Assembly: GCA_012295275.1 (NCBI GenBank)
Contig: CM022677.1
Location: forward strand, 22,506,001-22,570,000
Reading direction: 5' to 3'
DNA from: Chrysomallon squamiferum
Lineage: Eukaryota; Animalia; Mollusca
Length of the DNA: 64,000 bases
Below, in pieces: positions 1-22,274 of this stretch; position 1 is the stretch's first letter, and each line of letters begins with the position of its first letter. The translations under genes and the position numbers were made by a program. A model generated the notes under the pieces. That model saw only the letters and a program-made list of their open reading frames with translations, did not search any database and was not told the origin of the DNA.

Positions 1-213
1 GTGCTATTTTTAATCATTTCTTTGATTTTATTTCTTTATTGATTTTGTTTATTTATTTATTTATTTATTTACTTATTTATTTATTTATTGATTTATTTAT
101 TTACTTAATTATTTATTTAATTATGTATTTGGTTTGTTTGTTTATTTATTATATAAACACCCATGAAGAGAACGAAATAGAAACAACAAAAAAAAAACCT
201 CATATATACATAC

Positions 214-317
<104 letters not shown>

Positions 318-1629
318 TAACAGAAAAAAAAAAGAAAGAAAGAGGAAAAAAGGCTTAACTGACAGGTAACATATAATTTCATATGCTGACAAATGTGTGT
401 TACCCTATATTTTAATAAGAGGTTACAAATACCTTTAACAATGTCATCAAGTCTGTCACTCAGGTTAATTGCAGGTAAGAAATATGTTAAGTATGCCTAG
501 CACAGTTTGAAAAGGTTTTTGTTAATGAAATAGATATCAGATATGTGTAATTGATTTTAAAATTTAGTGATGTGTTTGTGTTTGTCATGATTTTTGATTA
601 TGTGTATGAGTGCACACAGAGACACTTACACACATACGCACATACACACATCTACTTTTTTAATAAAAGAGGAAAAAGATGTCAGAGATGAGTGAGTACT
701 TACACATCAAACATGAACAGACAGACACACATAACAGACAGATTTATAACAGCCAGTTAGTGAGAGGTGAAAGAGTGCAGATGTTTTTCTTTATTAAAAA
801 CACCTGAAACTACTAATACACATATGTACAAGTGTGTGTGTGTCTGTGTGTCTTATATGTGTATGTGTGTACATGTGTATGTATATGTATGTATATATGT
901 ATGTATGTATATATGTATGTATGTATATCTGTATATATATATGTATATATGTATGTATGTCTGTCTGTCTGTATGTATGTGTGTGTGTATTTGTGTATTT
1001 TTTAATCTGTGATAGTGTGCATCTGTATGTTTATTTATCAAAAAAAAATGAAAATAAGAAAATAATTAAGTAAATAATGAAAATAAACATTAAAATTTAT
1101 GAAATAATATAAAGTTCATGATCTGCTGAACATGTGTGAGCAGTGATGTGTGACAATCAATGAAGCGTGAAATAATTTCCTGTCAGATGTCTCACTTGAG
1201 TGATTATTGATGTGTGTGGGATTTAAGCCACAGTCATTGCTTTAATCTTAGAGAAATATTTTGAGGTAATTGAGAAACAGAACAGATGTTTAAAATATGT
1301 AGTGTATTGGTAATTAGATGTTTGAAAACAGACAATACTCAACAATGGTGACCAGTTTCAATCAAAGGTACATTAAACTGCAGATTACCTAAGTGTAACC
1401 TCACACACCAAATCAAGCATCAAGCCAGATTGTTTTTTTTTCTTTCTTTTTAAATGTTAAGGTAAGCAGATATTTCTGATGTAAAAAGTTTCACTTTGAT
1501 GTTAGTGTCATAGTTTTTTTTTTGTAAAGATTTCTCAGGCTGCAGGTGGGTAACCATGGAAACTGTTTACTAATATTGATTAACCCTAAATGTCTCAAAG
1601 GTGTTCATAGAGGAAGGAGAAAAATAACT

Positions 1630-1723
<94 letters not shown>

Positions 1724-1745
1724 TTCTCTCTCTCTGTCTCTCTCA

Positions 1746-1781
<36 letters not shown>

Positions 1782-1898
1782 GTGTGTGTGTGTGTATATA
1801 TATATATACTCACACGCACACACACTCACCCACACACAACACATATACATACAGAGAGAGAATTAGAGAAAGAAAGAACGAAAAACAGTAAGGAGGGT

Positions 1899-1948
<50 letters not shown>

Positions 1949-2203
1949 ACAAGGAAAGACAACAAAACAAAACCAATTTTTTTTAAAAATTTAAAAAAAA
2001 ACAGAGATAAAAAAAGATGAAGAAATGAAAATGAGCAAAACAGCTGGTGAGAGAGTTACAGAGAGAAGTGGAGTTTTTCACTCAGTCAGTGAGTGCAGAA
2101 CTCTTAACTCTCACAAGTACACTTCCAGTTGCCACGGTGACCAGGGAAAGGTAAACAAGCTGCTTCATGCATGATGTATGGCAACATGTGGCAAAGATTA
2201 GAA

Positions 2204-2242
<39 letters not shown>

Positions 2243-3449
2243 ATATAATTAGAACAAAATGTGGCTTTAATAAGAAAAAACTGGTGCATATCAAATGTAA
2301 GGTGGAAATGGTTAAACATGAAAAGGAATTTTATTTTTATTTTTATTGTCATTATTATTATTATTATTTATTTTTTATTTATTTTTTATTAATGTTTGGG
2401 GTTCATTTTTAAATACATAAATTAATTGTAAATATTTTTGTTTAAAAGTGGAAGTAAAGTTAATTAGTGACAGCTGCTAATTAAAAAAATAATGAAACAC
2501 ACATTTATCTTTCTTTGTTTTCTTTTTTCACTGTGCTCTGTTTTTGAGCTTTCATTCATTCATTCTTTCAGTTTGTTGTAAATTTTGTCTGTGTATGTGT
2601 AAGTATTTACACATTACTTACACAGCATAATATATCACTATAATTATATTTACATGTGAGATAACAAAAATATTGTATGTACTAATTTTCACTTTCTAAA
2701 CAAAAAACAAATAATTACGTTTCTTTATATCTAACCTTTCTTTTATTTTCTCTTTCTCATTTTTTTCTTCTTCTACAAAAAAAAAAAAAAAAAAAAAACC
2801 CAGTATCATGAGAGGGAAAAAGATTAATCTTAAAAAAATAAAAAAAAAAAAAAATTGTAAAATAATTAAAAAAAAAATACAGGAACAAAAGGAACAAAAT
2901 CGAACACATTCTAAAATGCGTTGCTTTGTTTTTAACAGGCAAATGTCTTTTTTTCTTTCTATTTAATTCTTTGTTTTTGTGTTTAGAACAATTTCTCTTC
3001 ATACAAAGTTCTGTTTTAAGCTCTACTTGAGTGTTTAAATTTGTTTGTGTAAGAAAAATGTGTAAACTTTGTTGTTTACGCTGACAAAACATCAGTCTTG
3101 TCTGAGCAAACAATGTTTATTCGTTTTTTAAACATCCACAATAAATTTCTTTAAATTTTATTTTATTTTATTTATTTTCTTTTCTTTTCTTTTATTTTTT
3201 TTTTTTATTCATTACTTTCTTGTTAGTTTTTTATCTTTCATTTTATTTATTTCTATTTAATTAATGGATTTTTTGAAATTATTTTATTGTATTGTATTGT
3301 CCATGTGTATTTTGTGTGAACCATAAAATATATTTTGTACTTGAAAAGTTAAAATGACATTTAAGATTGAAGTCTGTGTGTGACACAAAACACTGACACA
3401 GAATAAACACACAGACACACACAAATACACACACAGACACACACACACA

Positions 3450-3491
<42 letters not shown>

Positions 3492-3529
3492 GACACACAC
3501 ACACAGACACACACACACACACAGAGACA

Positions 3530-3566
<37 letters not shown>

Positions 3567-4126
3567 AAACATAATCACTCAGAAAACCACAAAGAAATGA
3601 TCAGCTACAAGACAAACAAGCTGATTTGTTCAGTAACAATTTATCTTTATCAGTCTCTTTATCAATGCATCTGTACATGTCTTTATAATTTTATTTTTTA
3701 CTTTTATCAGAATATCAATATATAGTTTTATTTGTTGTTCTTTATCAATACATCACTACATCAATATGTGTTTTCATCAAGATAAATACATATATGTATT
3801 TGTATTTTTATTGACGTAGATTTTTATTTTTATCTCTGGATATTTTTTATTGTTTGTTCCACCAGCAGACATCAGTAGACATTTTTATATTTGTTTTGTT
3901 TCTCTGATCAATTTTTATTTTTATTTTTATTTTTATTTTCTTGCTGCAGAGATGAGAAGAGGTGTGTAGACTGGCAGAGTATGATGAGAGTTTCAGACAG
4001 ATGCACAGACACACAGATGTACAGGTGAGTTAAGTTAAGGTTTAAGCATGCTTGTCCAGGGCTTAGCTGTTATCTACACTCATTTTTGTTTCTATCTTTT
4101 TATTTCTTGTTATTTCTTGCTTTCCT

Positions 4127-4163
<37 letters not shown>

Positions 4164-4803
4164 GCTGCTACTACTACTACTACTACTACTGCAACTACTA
4201 CCACTACTTCTATTATATTACCATCATCATCATCATTATCATAATTATTATTAGTGATAGTACTGGTAGTAGGAACAGTAAAAGTAGTGGTAATAGTGGT
4301 TGAAGTAGTGGTAGTAGTAGTAGTAGAAGTAGTAGTAGTAATAACATGTAGTAGTTTTTACTCTTAACAACCATTAATAACAAAACTTGGTCCTGCTGTG
4401 ACATTTTATTTTGGTGATACTGTTGTTGCTGTAGGTGTTACGGTAGTTGTAGTAGGAGTCTGTCACAACAATGAGTTAATTTGAAAATGTGAAAACATCG
4501 CTGTACAAACACCCGTGATGATGCTGACGTTTGAGAAACGATGAGAACATCAGCGTGCTAACTACCACAGCTCCGTGACAGTGTAAATTAAATAAGCCGT
4601 TGTTGACGATGTCCTTTGTGGCTGTTGTTTGCCTCCCAGATCACAGGGTAAACACTTCCTCGTTTGCTCTGTAAACATCGTTAAATACCTGTACAGCATT
4701 TCCAGTTTGTGTGGTCACTGCACGTTTGTATTAGAGACAGGTAGAGAGTCAGGTGTACACAGAAACACAGTTGTTTTATATACATACATACACACACACA
4801 CAT

Positions 4804-4834
<31 letters not shown>

Positions 4835-5611
4835 TACATACATACATACATACACACACACACATACATACATACATACATACATCCATCCATCCATCCA
4901 TCCATCCATCCATCCATCCATCCATCCATCCATACATACATCCAGAGAGAGGCTAACAGAGAAAGATATACAGAATGATAGTGACATACAGAGAAAGAGT
5001 AAGATAGGTAGAGGACTGTAAGGATATATAGAGGAAGATAAGGATATAAAGAGACAATAAGGATATAAAGAGACAATAAGGATATAAAAAGGACTATAAG
5101 GATATATGGAGGAAGATAAAGATATATAGAGGAAGATAAAGATATAAAGAGGCAATAAGGATATCAAGAGGAAGATAAGGATATATAGAGGAAGATAAGG
5201 ATATATAGAGAAAGATAAAGATATACAGAAGATAAGGATATGTAGACTATAAGGATATAGAGGAAGATAAGGATATGTAGACTACAAGGATATAGATGAA
5301 GATAAGGATATCTAGATAAAGATAAGCATACACAGAAGATATATATGGATATATAGAGCCAGATAAGGATATAAATTTCAAAAAACAAAGAAAATGAAGT
5401 AAAAAACAACACATGAATAAATGGATGAAAACAGAGATTTCTGAAGGAAGTGGACAGATAGTCTGCTCTCTCTGTCTGTCTGTCTGTCTGTCTGTCCTTA
5501 GTCTGTGTTTCTGTCCATAAGGTAAAACAAAACAAAAATTCTATTTGTTTATTACAGCTACTATTGGAATTGTTGTTGTTATAGTTCTTTATTATTATTA
5601 TTATTATTATG

Positions 5612-5668
<57 letters not shown>

Positions 5669-6125
5669 AACTACTACTATTATTATTATTATTATTATTA
5701 TAAAAACACAGGTTTCACACTTCACTACTGGTTTACCTGTATTTACCTGTCTTTACCTGTCCAGGTATCACAATATGTTCACCTGTGAGCTGCCAGCTTT
5801 CACCTGCTTTGTGTGTAATTGTACCTGGCAGTTACACCTCGCTAATGACGAGCCATTAAAATGTTTTCTATTGTTGTGTGTGAAGTACAGGATTACAAAA
5901 TGATCTCATAGACATTTATACGTTACTTAGCTTCTGAAGTGTGGGGCTGTCAAAAAAATAAATAAAAAAATAAAAAATGTGAGAGAAGAAAGAAAAAAAT
6001 TCAATTAGCTTTTGTGAGAAGTAATTTGTGTTGTTGTTCCCAGCCTGTGAAATTTGTACCTTGACGTGTCAGGCAAAAAGTGGAAAAAAGAAAAGAATGT
6101 GTGTGTGTGTGTGTGTGTGTGTGTT

Positions 6126-6165
<40 letters not shown>

Positions 6166-6190
6166 TGTGTGTGTGTGTGAGTGTGTGTTT

Positions 6191-6249
<59 letters not shown>

Positions 6250-7126
6250 AGTGTGTGTGTTTGAGTGTGTGTGTGTGTCTATATATACATGTACAAGTTG
6301 GGTGTGTGTGTGTGTCTATATATACATGTACAAGTTGGGTGTGTGTGTGTGTGTTCTTGCATGTGTGTGTTTGTGTGTTTCAAGACAAAAAATAAAAAAC
6401 AAATGGGTAAAATGGTACAAAGGCATCAAACAGAAAAGTAAAAAATAATTTGTGTACATGATAACACAAAGAAATAAAAACTGAACAAAATTTAACAACA
6501 ACAATAAAATTAAAAAATACTCTACAAACCAGAAACATGAGTAACATGAAATATTTAAATTTAAATTTGTATCAATATTTCTTGTCATTTTAAGCACAAG
6601 CTTGTTGAAACATACTAAATGGTTTAAAAATGAAATCTGTATATAACTACTGTAATTGTATCTTTGTTATCTTTACGAAAAATAGATAAATAATAATTTA
6701 TTATTATTTTTTTTTTAATTTCCGTGAATTTTGTTTCAAAATTCTTTTCTTGCTTGTTATTTCTAAAAAAAATGTGTTTCCTATTAGTCTCTCTCTCTCA
6801 TATATATTACAACTTGCTATGACATACATATAATAATGTTCAGATGGGTAATAAAACAAGTTATATTCAACACATGAGAATAAATGTATTTTTAAACTGT
6901 TCTCACAGATTTCTGAAGTTTTAACTTTTTATTACTTTGTTTAATGTCTTTAGACAGCTGTAAAAATCATGTTTCCTTGACAACAGTAACATAATAATCA
7001 TTTCTATGACAACATGATAGCTATTACACATATCAGTGTTTCCAAAATAACAGTGGTTATTATTATCAAATATTATTGCTATAGTTCTTCTTCTTCTTCT
7101 TCTTCTTGTTATTATTATTGTTGTTG

Positions 7127-7159
<33 letters not shown>

Positions 7160-7275
7160 GTTGTAGTAGTAGTAATAGTAGTAATGAAGACAAATAGTTT
7201 AGTGGTTAGAATACTTGGTTAGTGTATGAATACAAAGAAAACAAAAAATATAACAAGTTTTAATTATATAGCAAT

Positions 7276-7319
<44 letters not shown>

Positions 7320-7664
7320 TAACGTGATTACCGAAAAAGAAATGTGATGCAATGTGTATGTCTGTCTGTGTGTGGAACATACATTACCACCAATACATGA
7401 TACAGACCCCAACACACCAAGTTAGAGTGTGCACACACATTACTCAGGTGAACGAGTTTTGACACAGGTGTATTGATTTGTAGAGTGACAAGGCAGATAT
7501 AAGAAAAATAAAAGTTTAATAGAAATCATTTACCTTTTGTTAAACACCTCTCCACCACACACACCTGACACGTCACCTCACTCACCCTCGTTACAGGTAA
7601 CACTCGAAACTGAACAGGTAGAATGAGTGACAGTGATCATGATGATGATGTTGGCTAACACCCC

Positions 7665-7970
7665 CACACCCCCACTGACTCCCCACACACACACACTGAC
7701 TCCCCCACACACTGACTCCCCCCACACACTGACTCCCCCACACCCCCACTGACTCCCCCACACACTGACTCCCCCCACACACTGACTCCCCCACACCCAC
7801 ACTGACCCCACACCCTTCTGACTCCCCCACACCCACACTGACCCTCCACCCCCCACTGACACCCCCACACACACACTGACCCCCACACCCTTCTGAGTCC
7901 CCCACACCCACACTGACTCCCCCACACCCACACTGACTCCCCCACACAAGCATTCTGACTCCCCCACATC
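7665..7970. repeat. C-rich minisatellite (CCCCCACACACTGACT-like, ~16-22 bp)
   Basis: Direct inspection. Confidence 0.9.
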
Positions 7971-8943
7971 ACACAGAAATCCCCCATATGACACCAACTC
8001 CCCCCACACTCTTAATCTCTTTTCTTTCCCCATCTGCTGTACCAGATCTCAGTGAAGCACAACCACTGACCTTTCATGTGCGACCTCTGACCCTTCATGT
8101 GCGACCTCTGACCCGGCCTGCTGGGCTAATGTGCAGCTGTTTAATCTAATTGGCTCCCTAATTGACTCTCACCTGTCAATCAAACTGCTCACTTGTTGCC
8201 TTTACCAAAAGAGTACAGTGAATGTGAGCTAGTGAGTTTACTAACACATATCACACACACACACTGGTATTCACCACCTAAGATATACAGAATACACTGT
8301 TTGATATACAAGTGACATATATATACACATATAGGTATATAGACTGATAAATGTAGACTACAGTACTGAAGATTGTGGGGTATACATATGGAACATACTG
8401 ACAGTGTACTGTGATGTATGAACATACTTCACTGCTTACTGTGACTTACAGGGAAATGTACTTCACACAGGCATACTTGTGAGTGTAAGTACTTTTTATT
8501 TTAAATTTTTGTTTTCTAATTTTGACATTTTTGAAGCACAGATAATACAGTGGTGTGTGTGTAAATGTGTGTGAATGTGTGTTTATGTGGATCTGTTGTG
8601 TCTGTCTCTGTTTGTTTTAAAATTAATTCCAAACAAAATATGTATATATTTTTTTGAATAATATATAAAAGTAGTATTCAAATTACTTCTGAATATAGAT
8701 TTAAATATGTATGATAACACATATATCTTTGTATTACTGTATATTACAATACATATTTAAATAGGTAGTTTAAAACATATATGATTTCATATCACAGCCT
8801 GTTCTATTAAATAAATAAATACATAATTAAAATTGTGTATTACTTAGTATTACTCTACACTGTATGTTACCTATGAATGTAAGTACTACTGTGTGTGCGT
8901 GAATGATACAGTGTTTAAGTTATTACACTGTGTTAGTTAAAAC

Positions 8944-8993
<50 letters not shown>

Positions 8994-9135
8994 CATTAAC
9001 ATATTATTATTATTATTACTATTATTATTACTATTATTATTATGATTATTAACTACTATTATTATTATTATTATTACTATTATTATCATTAATAACATAT
9101 TATTATTAACATTATTATTATTATTATTTATATAC

Positions 9136-9174
<39 letters not shown>

Positions 9175-9472
9175 ATCTGTTTTATTTCACTTGTGTTACA
9201 CATTTTTTCTGCATGTTTTTTCACTTTCTTTTCATGTTCTCATCCTTCTTTTCTTTCTTTGTTTATCATTTTCTTCTGTCATCATTTTAACCTGATTTGC
9301 CTCACCAGCTTTTTTGTTGTTGACAACTACAACAACTGCAAACGTCACTGTGCTCAAAGTTTGAAGTACTTTCAGCATTGTGAGTAATTTCCTGTAGAAA
9401 CCTGAGTGATTAATTCTAAAATAGTGTGTGTGTGTATCTGTGTGTGTCTGTGTGTATATATGTGTATATGTA

Positions 9473-9745
9473 ATTTCAGAAGCTAAGTTATTTAATGACC
9501 GTGTTTAAGTATGATTGATATTACACATGTACATGTGTGTATGTGTATGTATTGTATGTGGATAGATTTAAGTAGATTTCAGAAGCTAAGTTATTTAATG
9601 ACCGTGTGTAAGTATGACTGATATTACACATGTACATGTGTGTATGTGTATGTATTGTATGTGGATAGATTTAAGTAGATTTCAGAAGCTAAGTTATTTA
9701 ATGACCGTGTTTAAGTATGATTGATATTACACATGTACATGTGAG
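9473..9745. repeat. ~103-bp tandem repeat, 3 copies
   Basis: ATTTCAGAAGCTAAGTTATTTAATGACCGTG recurs at ~9473, 9576 and 9679. Confidence 0.9.
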
Positions 9746-9862
9746 ATATCTGTTTCCTCTACAAGTCAGCCACTTAACAGTCTTAATATCTCTTTATATA
9801 TGTTTATGTGTGTGTGCAACCTATATATATACCTACAACACAATTTAATTATAAACTGTTTG

Positions 9863-9927
<65 letters not shown>

Positions 9928-10221
9928 GAATGATAAATGTACATATCAAGAACATATCAGATAACAATAATCTCTGTTGTATATAAACTGATATTCACCA
10001 TGGTTGCTACACTTATCTGTATACAATGTTGGCCAGATGGTTTATACAACTGTTATCTAACAGTGAACTATTAAGTTTTTATTTAAAACTTTATTTTAAT
10101 GGGTTTTTTTGTATCAAACTGACAAATCCTAATGACTCTGTTTGTAGTTTGTGTCCCTTTAACAAAACCCAAAACTGTGTTCTTCTGTAATTTCTTTCTC
10201 CATCTTTCCTTCTTTCATGTC

Positions 10222-10324
<103 letters not shown>

Positions 10325-11001
10325 ATTTCTAAGTGACTTAATTAACCTCACAAGACAGGCTGAGTTTAACTGTAAGAGGTTTGCTGCAGGTTTCACTTTT
10401 TGAAATCTAGTCAGACATCAGGTGTTGTCACCATGGTGACGGTCATTAAATGGCTAAATTGGGATTCAAGAGGCCATATAACTTTATCTCAGCAGGCAGA
10501 CATTTCTGTCAGCTTTTAAACCAAACTGTTGAATATTTTCAGTTACTTCAGTTTACTGTGAGGATTTCGTATTGTTTCACTTTGGTTTCTAATTGTTTCA
10601 GTTTGATTTCTGATTGTTTCAGTTTGATTTCTGATTGTTTCAGTTTGATTTCTAATTGTTTCAGTTTGGTTGTACTGGTTGAGGCATCAGTTTACTGTGT
10701 GGTAGGACTCAGGTTCAAATCCAAGTGGTAAACTGTTTTATTTTTCAACAATCACACACATATCTCCTTCATTCTCTTTCTTTCTGTCTGTCTTATTCTT
10801 TCTATCTCTGTCTTTCTGATTTTCTCTTTCTTTTCTTTCTTTCTTTCTGTGTAATGTGTATATTTGACTTTGTTTTGTCATTATTTTATTATTTTATAAA
10901 AAGTATAAATGCATGCAGTCACACATACAGACACACAAAGACATAAACACTCAGACACATAAATGTACACATATACAAACATACAGAAACACACACAAAC
11001 A

Positions 11002-11041
<40 letters not shown>

Positions 11042-11901
11042 ACAAGCAGACTGTTTGTCTTCAATCCACACTGTGAACATTATTTGATCTTTCTTCATTT
11101 ATGACAGACAAATCTATAAACTTTGCTTTGTGTTCAGCTGCTGAGAAGACAGGTTGTAAATAATTAATTCTCTTTAATAATTGTCAGTAAATATTTACCT
11201 AGTTGCAGTTTTCTTGTTAGGTCAAATCAGTGCATTTTTATTATTTCATCACAAACACACAGACACATGCACACACGTATTACACACACACACATACACA
11301 TACATACATACATCTTGGAATTATTGGAGAATTTATTATGTCTGGATAGACTGTATTATAAAAATATGTACATGTATGTGTGTATGTATCTGTGTGTGTA
11401 TAAGTTTGTGTCAGAGAGTGTGTATCTGTCTGTATCTGTGTGTCAGAGTGTGTATGTGTCTGTGTGTCAGAGAGTGTATGTGTGTGTCTGAGAGTGTGTA
11501 TGTGTGTGTATCTGTGTGTTTGTTTTATTATTATTCTGTCTGCCCCAGTACCATTTAATGAGAGTAATTACAAAGTAAATACAGTCATAAACAAACAACT
11601 GTATTTGTAATTAGTGCCCATAAATAAACACAACACAACACAACACTACACAAATAAACACAACACAACACTGTACACAAATTCAGAGAAGTTTGGAAGA
11701 TACGTAAATACACACAAAGACACAATGAAAAGAAACAATACAGTTATAAACTGCGTTATGCAGGGACATGAGGTAAATCTAAGCTGATTTTATCTTTATC
11801 ATTAGTCAAATGTAGGGTAATCCCCCCACCAAATTATTTAAACATCCCCCTGTATGCTGATACACTGACCTTCATTTAGAAAAAATAAATAATGACACAC
11901 A

Positions 11902-11951
<50 letters not shown>

Positions 11952-12087
11952 TACACACACACACACATACACACATACACACACACAGACACACACACAT
12001 ACACACACAGACACACACACACAGACAGATACAGACACACATACACACACACACACAGACAGATACAGACACAGACACACACACACA

Positions 12088-12131
<44 letters not shown>

Positions 12132-12347
12132 GACACACACACAGACACACACATACACACACACACAGAGAGACACATACACAGACAGATACAGACACAC
12201 ACACACACACAGACACACACACACACACAGATACAGACACACATTACAGACAGACATACTACTTGACCTGTTCAGGAACATTTGATTCCCTTTCTTTTGA
12301 AATTAACTTTTTGAATCCACATCCACCCTTATCTGTCTTTTATTTAA

Positions 12348-12712
12348 CCCCACCCAGAACTTACCACTTACCCAGAACTTACCCCCACCCAGAACTTACC
12401 CCCATCCTGAACTCACCCCAGCCCAGAACTTACCCCTGCCCAGAACTTACCCCCACCCAGAACTTACCCCCACCCAGAACTTACCACTTACCCAGAACTT
12501 ACCCCCACCCAGAACTTACTCCCACCCAGAACTTACCACTTACCCAGAACTTACCCCCACCCAGAACTTACCCCCCCCACCCAGAACTTACCACTTACCC
12601 AGAACTTACCCCCACCCAGAACTTACCCCCACCCAGAACTTACCACTTACCCAGAACTTACCCCCACCCAGAACTTACTCCCACCCAGAACTTACCCCAC
12701 CCAGAACTTACC
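12348..12712. repeat. Minisatellite CCCAGAACTTACCCCCA / CCCAGAACTTACCACTTA, ~20 copies
   Basis: Direct inspection; explains the proline-rich ORF 12263-12940. Confidence 0.92.
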
Positions 12713-13492
12713 TTGCATGTCAACAGGTGTTTGATAATCATTTACATTAACTATGAATTATTTATTATCTCTTCAAATAGTATCTTTAATATTCCACTAA
12801 ATGTTTTATTGCTATTTTTTTTTTTCTTCTTCTTCTTCTTCTTCTTACTATTATTATTATTACTTTTGGTTGGGTTTTTTTTGTTGGTTTTATTTATTTT
12901 TTGTTTTAATTTGTTACACTATGATTTGTTTTTGACCTGATTATCATTGTGGTTACTACCTTTATTTTTACCTGGACGAGAAGTCAGGTGTTATTGTCAG
13001 GTGATGAGTATGCATTTGTTAGGAAACTTCCTACCTGTGTGGTAAGTATATAAATATATACACAATATATATACACACACACATACATACATCTATTTGT
13101 GTGTGTGTGTGTGTGTATATATGTTTGTGTGTATGTGTTTGTAGGTATATATGTATATATGTATATATATATGTATACATGTATATATGATATCTATATG
13201 TAGATAGGAAGGTAGCTAGATAGATACATACATACATACATATATAACATACAGACACATATATACACTGATAAATACTTTATCTTTTCAGTTATCTATG
13301 CTATTGTTCAGTTGTTCTTTTTTCACTTATATAATGTAATGTAATGTGTGTGTGTGTGTGTGTGTGTGTATTTTTGTGTGTGCTTGCGTGCATACATACA
13401 TAGTTCATACAGACAGTGTATATATTACTGTTATTTGTCTTGTGTAATATATCTAGTCTATTCCACACTGTTATTATCTGTGTACAAAAGAG

Positions 13493-13530
<38 letters not shown>

Positions 13531-14031
13531 GACTAAGTCTGTGTAATCTTTGTTTTATGGCTCATTTATTTTTATTACCTTTCCTAAATATAAATATAGA
13601 TAACTGTTTCTCCATCATGAGACTTTAATGTAGTTTATGATAATGTAGAATTAATGGTTGATAAAAAAAAAAAAAAAAAGCTATCAGAATGAAAAGATAA
13701 AGAGATTAAAGTAAAAGTTAAAAAACAGAGTTAAACACTTTTCATGTGAATTGAAGGATTTTAGTTGAAGGCAGATATAAAGAGTTGAAGAAGAGAGAGA
13801 GACAGCTTCTTGCATCTGTTTTTTTATTTTTTATTTTTTTAATGCGTAAATTCTGCTGAAATAAGAGACAGAAAATGTATTGTGTATGTATGTTTGTTGT
13901 GTTTCATTGTATGATTGTATGTGTGTGTGTATGTGATGTGTATATTGCTGTGTGTTTCATATCTGTGTGTGCATATGTAATGTGTATTTTTTGTGTTACA
14001 TCTGTGAGTGTGTGTGTGAGTGTGTGAGTGT

Positions 14032-14062
<31 letters not shown>

Positions 14063-14089
14063 CAATATCATTTATGATAAAACTGTTAA

Positions 14090-14395
14090 AAACGTACAGT
14101 TAGTAACAAGTTTCTATGTAACAGTGTCTGCAGGTGTAAGTATGTATATTTGAGTTTTTGTCTGAAGTTGCTCAATTATGGTAAAACTGTCTGCAAAAGT
14201 TTGTACATTTGAGTTTAAAATGTACAGTTGTAACAAGTTTCTATGTAACAGTGTCTGCAGGTGTAAGTATGTATATTTGAGTTTTTGTCTGAAGTTGCTC
14301 AATGTGGTAGTTTGTCTGCAGGTGTAAGTTTGTATATTTGAGTTTTTGTCTGAAGTTGCTCAATGTGGTAGTGTTTGTCTGCAGGTGTTAGTATG
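14090..14395. repeat. Tandem repeat built around GTCTGCAGGTGTAAGT, 4 copies
   Basis: Direct inspection. Confidence 0.85.
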
Positions 14396-15150
14396 TCTGT
14401 GTATCTACATGTCTTGTGTGTGAGTTGATAAAGTTTGATGTATTCCTGTTTATCTGAAATTTAACAACTGTAACAGTTTTATAAATTAAATAAATAAACT
14501 GTGTGTCTGCCTGCCTCTGACTGTGCTCCTACTTTCTACCATTCTGTCTGTGTGTCTGTATATCTGTCTGTGTCTGTGTGTCTGTCTGTGTCTGTCTGTC
14601 TGTGTATGTCTGTGTCTGTGTATGTGTGTGTGTGTGTCTGTCTGTCTGTGTCTGTATGTGTGTGTGTGTTTGTATATCATGTGGTTTTCACAAGTGGTTT
14701 TCTGTTAAACCTGCTACACAGCCAGTGGTGGAATACTGGATGTATTTCACAGAGATGTGCTATTTTTTGTATTTATGTAAACCTATCAGAAAATACTCAT
14801 TTCAACACCAGACTAAAAATAACGTGTCTGTGTTGAAAGAATTTTTTTTTTCTCATTAATATTTCTTCTTTTTTTTTTTATCTCTATATTTAGACATTTC
14901 TGATGCAGTTTATTTTTGATAGCTTCTAAAACGTTTTGTGTTTGTTGCATTCATAGTTGATGTAAGCAGTTTATTTTTTTTAATTCTAATTTGTTTTTAT
15001 TATTATTATAGTTGTTTGATGCTGCTGCTGCTATTGTTGCTGTTATTATTGTTGTTGTTGCTGTTATTATTGTTGTTGTTGATATTAGTGTAATTATTTT
15101 TATTTTAATGACAAATTCTGCTTTACTTTTGTAGGAATCCTATTTCAAGA

Positions 15151-15229
<79 letters not shown>

Positions 15230-15296
15230 AGAACTAATATTTAAGTGTATGACATGTTTTGTGTTTTATTTCAGATAACAGTGTTTTCGTTGTACA

Positions 15297-22002
<6,706 letters not shown>

Positions 22003-22183
22003 CACATACCTCCACCTCTCCCTCCTTCCCTCTGTCGTTCAATCATTCTCTCTGTCTCCTTTTCTCTCCAGCACCCCCAGCCAGAGTAACTGACACATAC
22101 CTCCACCTCTCCCTCCTTCCCTCTCTCGTTCATTCATTCTCTCTATCTCCTTTTCTCTCCACCATCCTCTCTCTTTTTCTTTT

Positions 22184-22274
<91 letters not shown>

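Noticed and set aside
12263-12940. Proline-rich extensin-like ORF
   Set aside because: A minisatellite whose variable unit length cycles through all frames.
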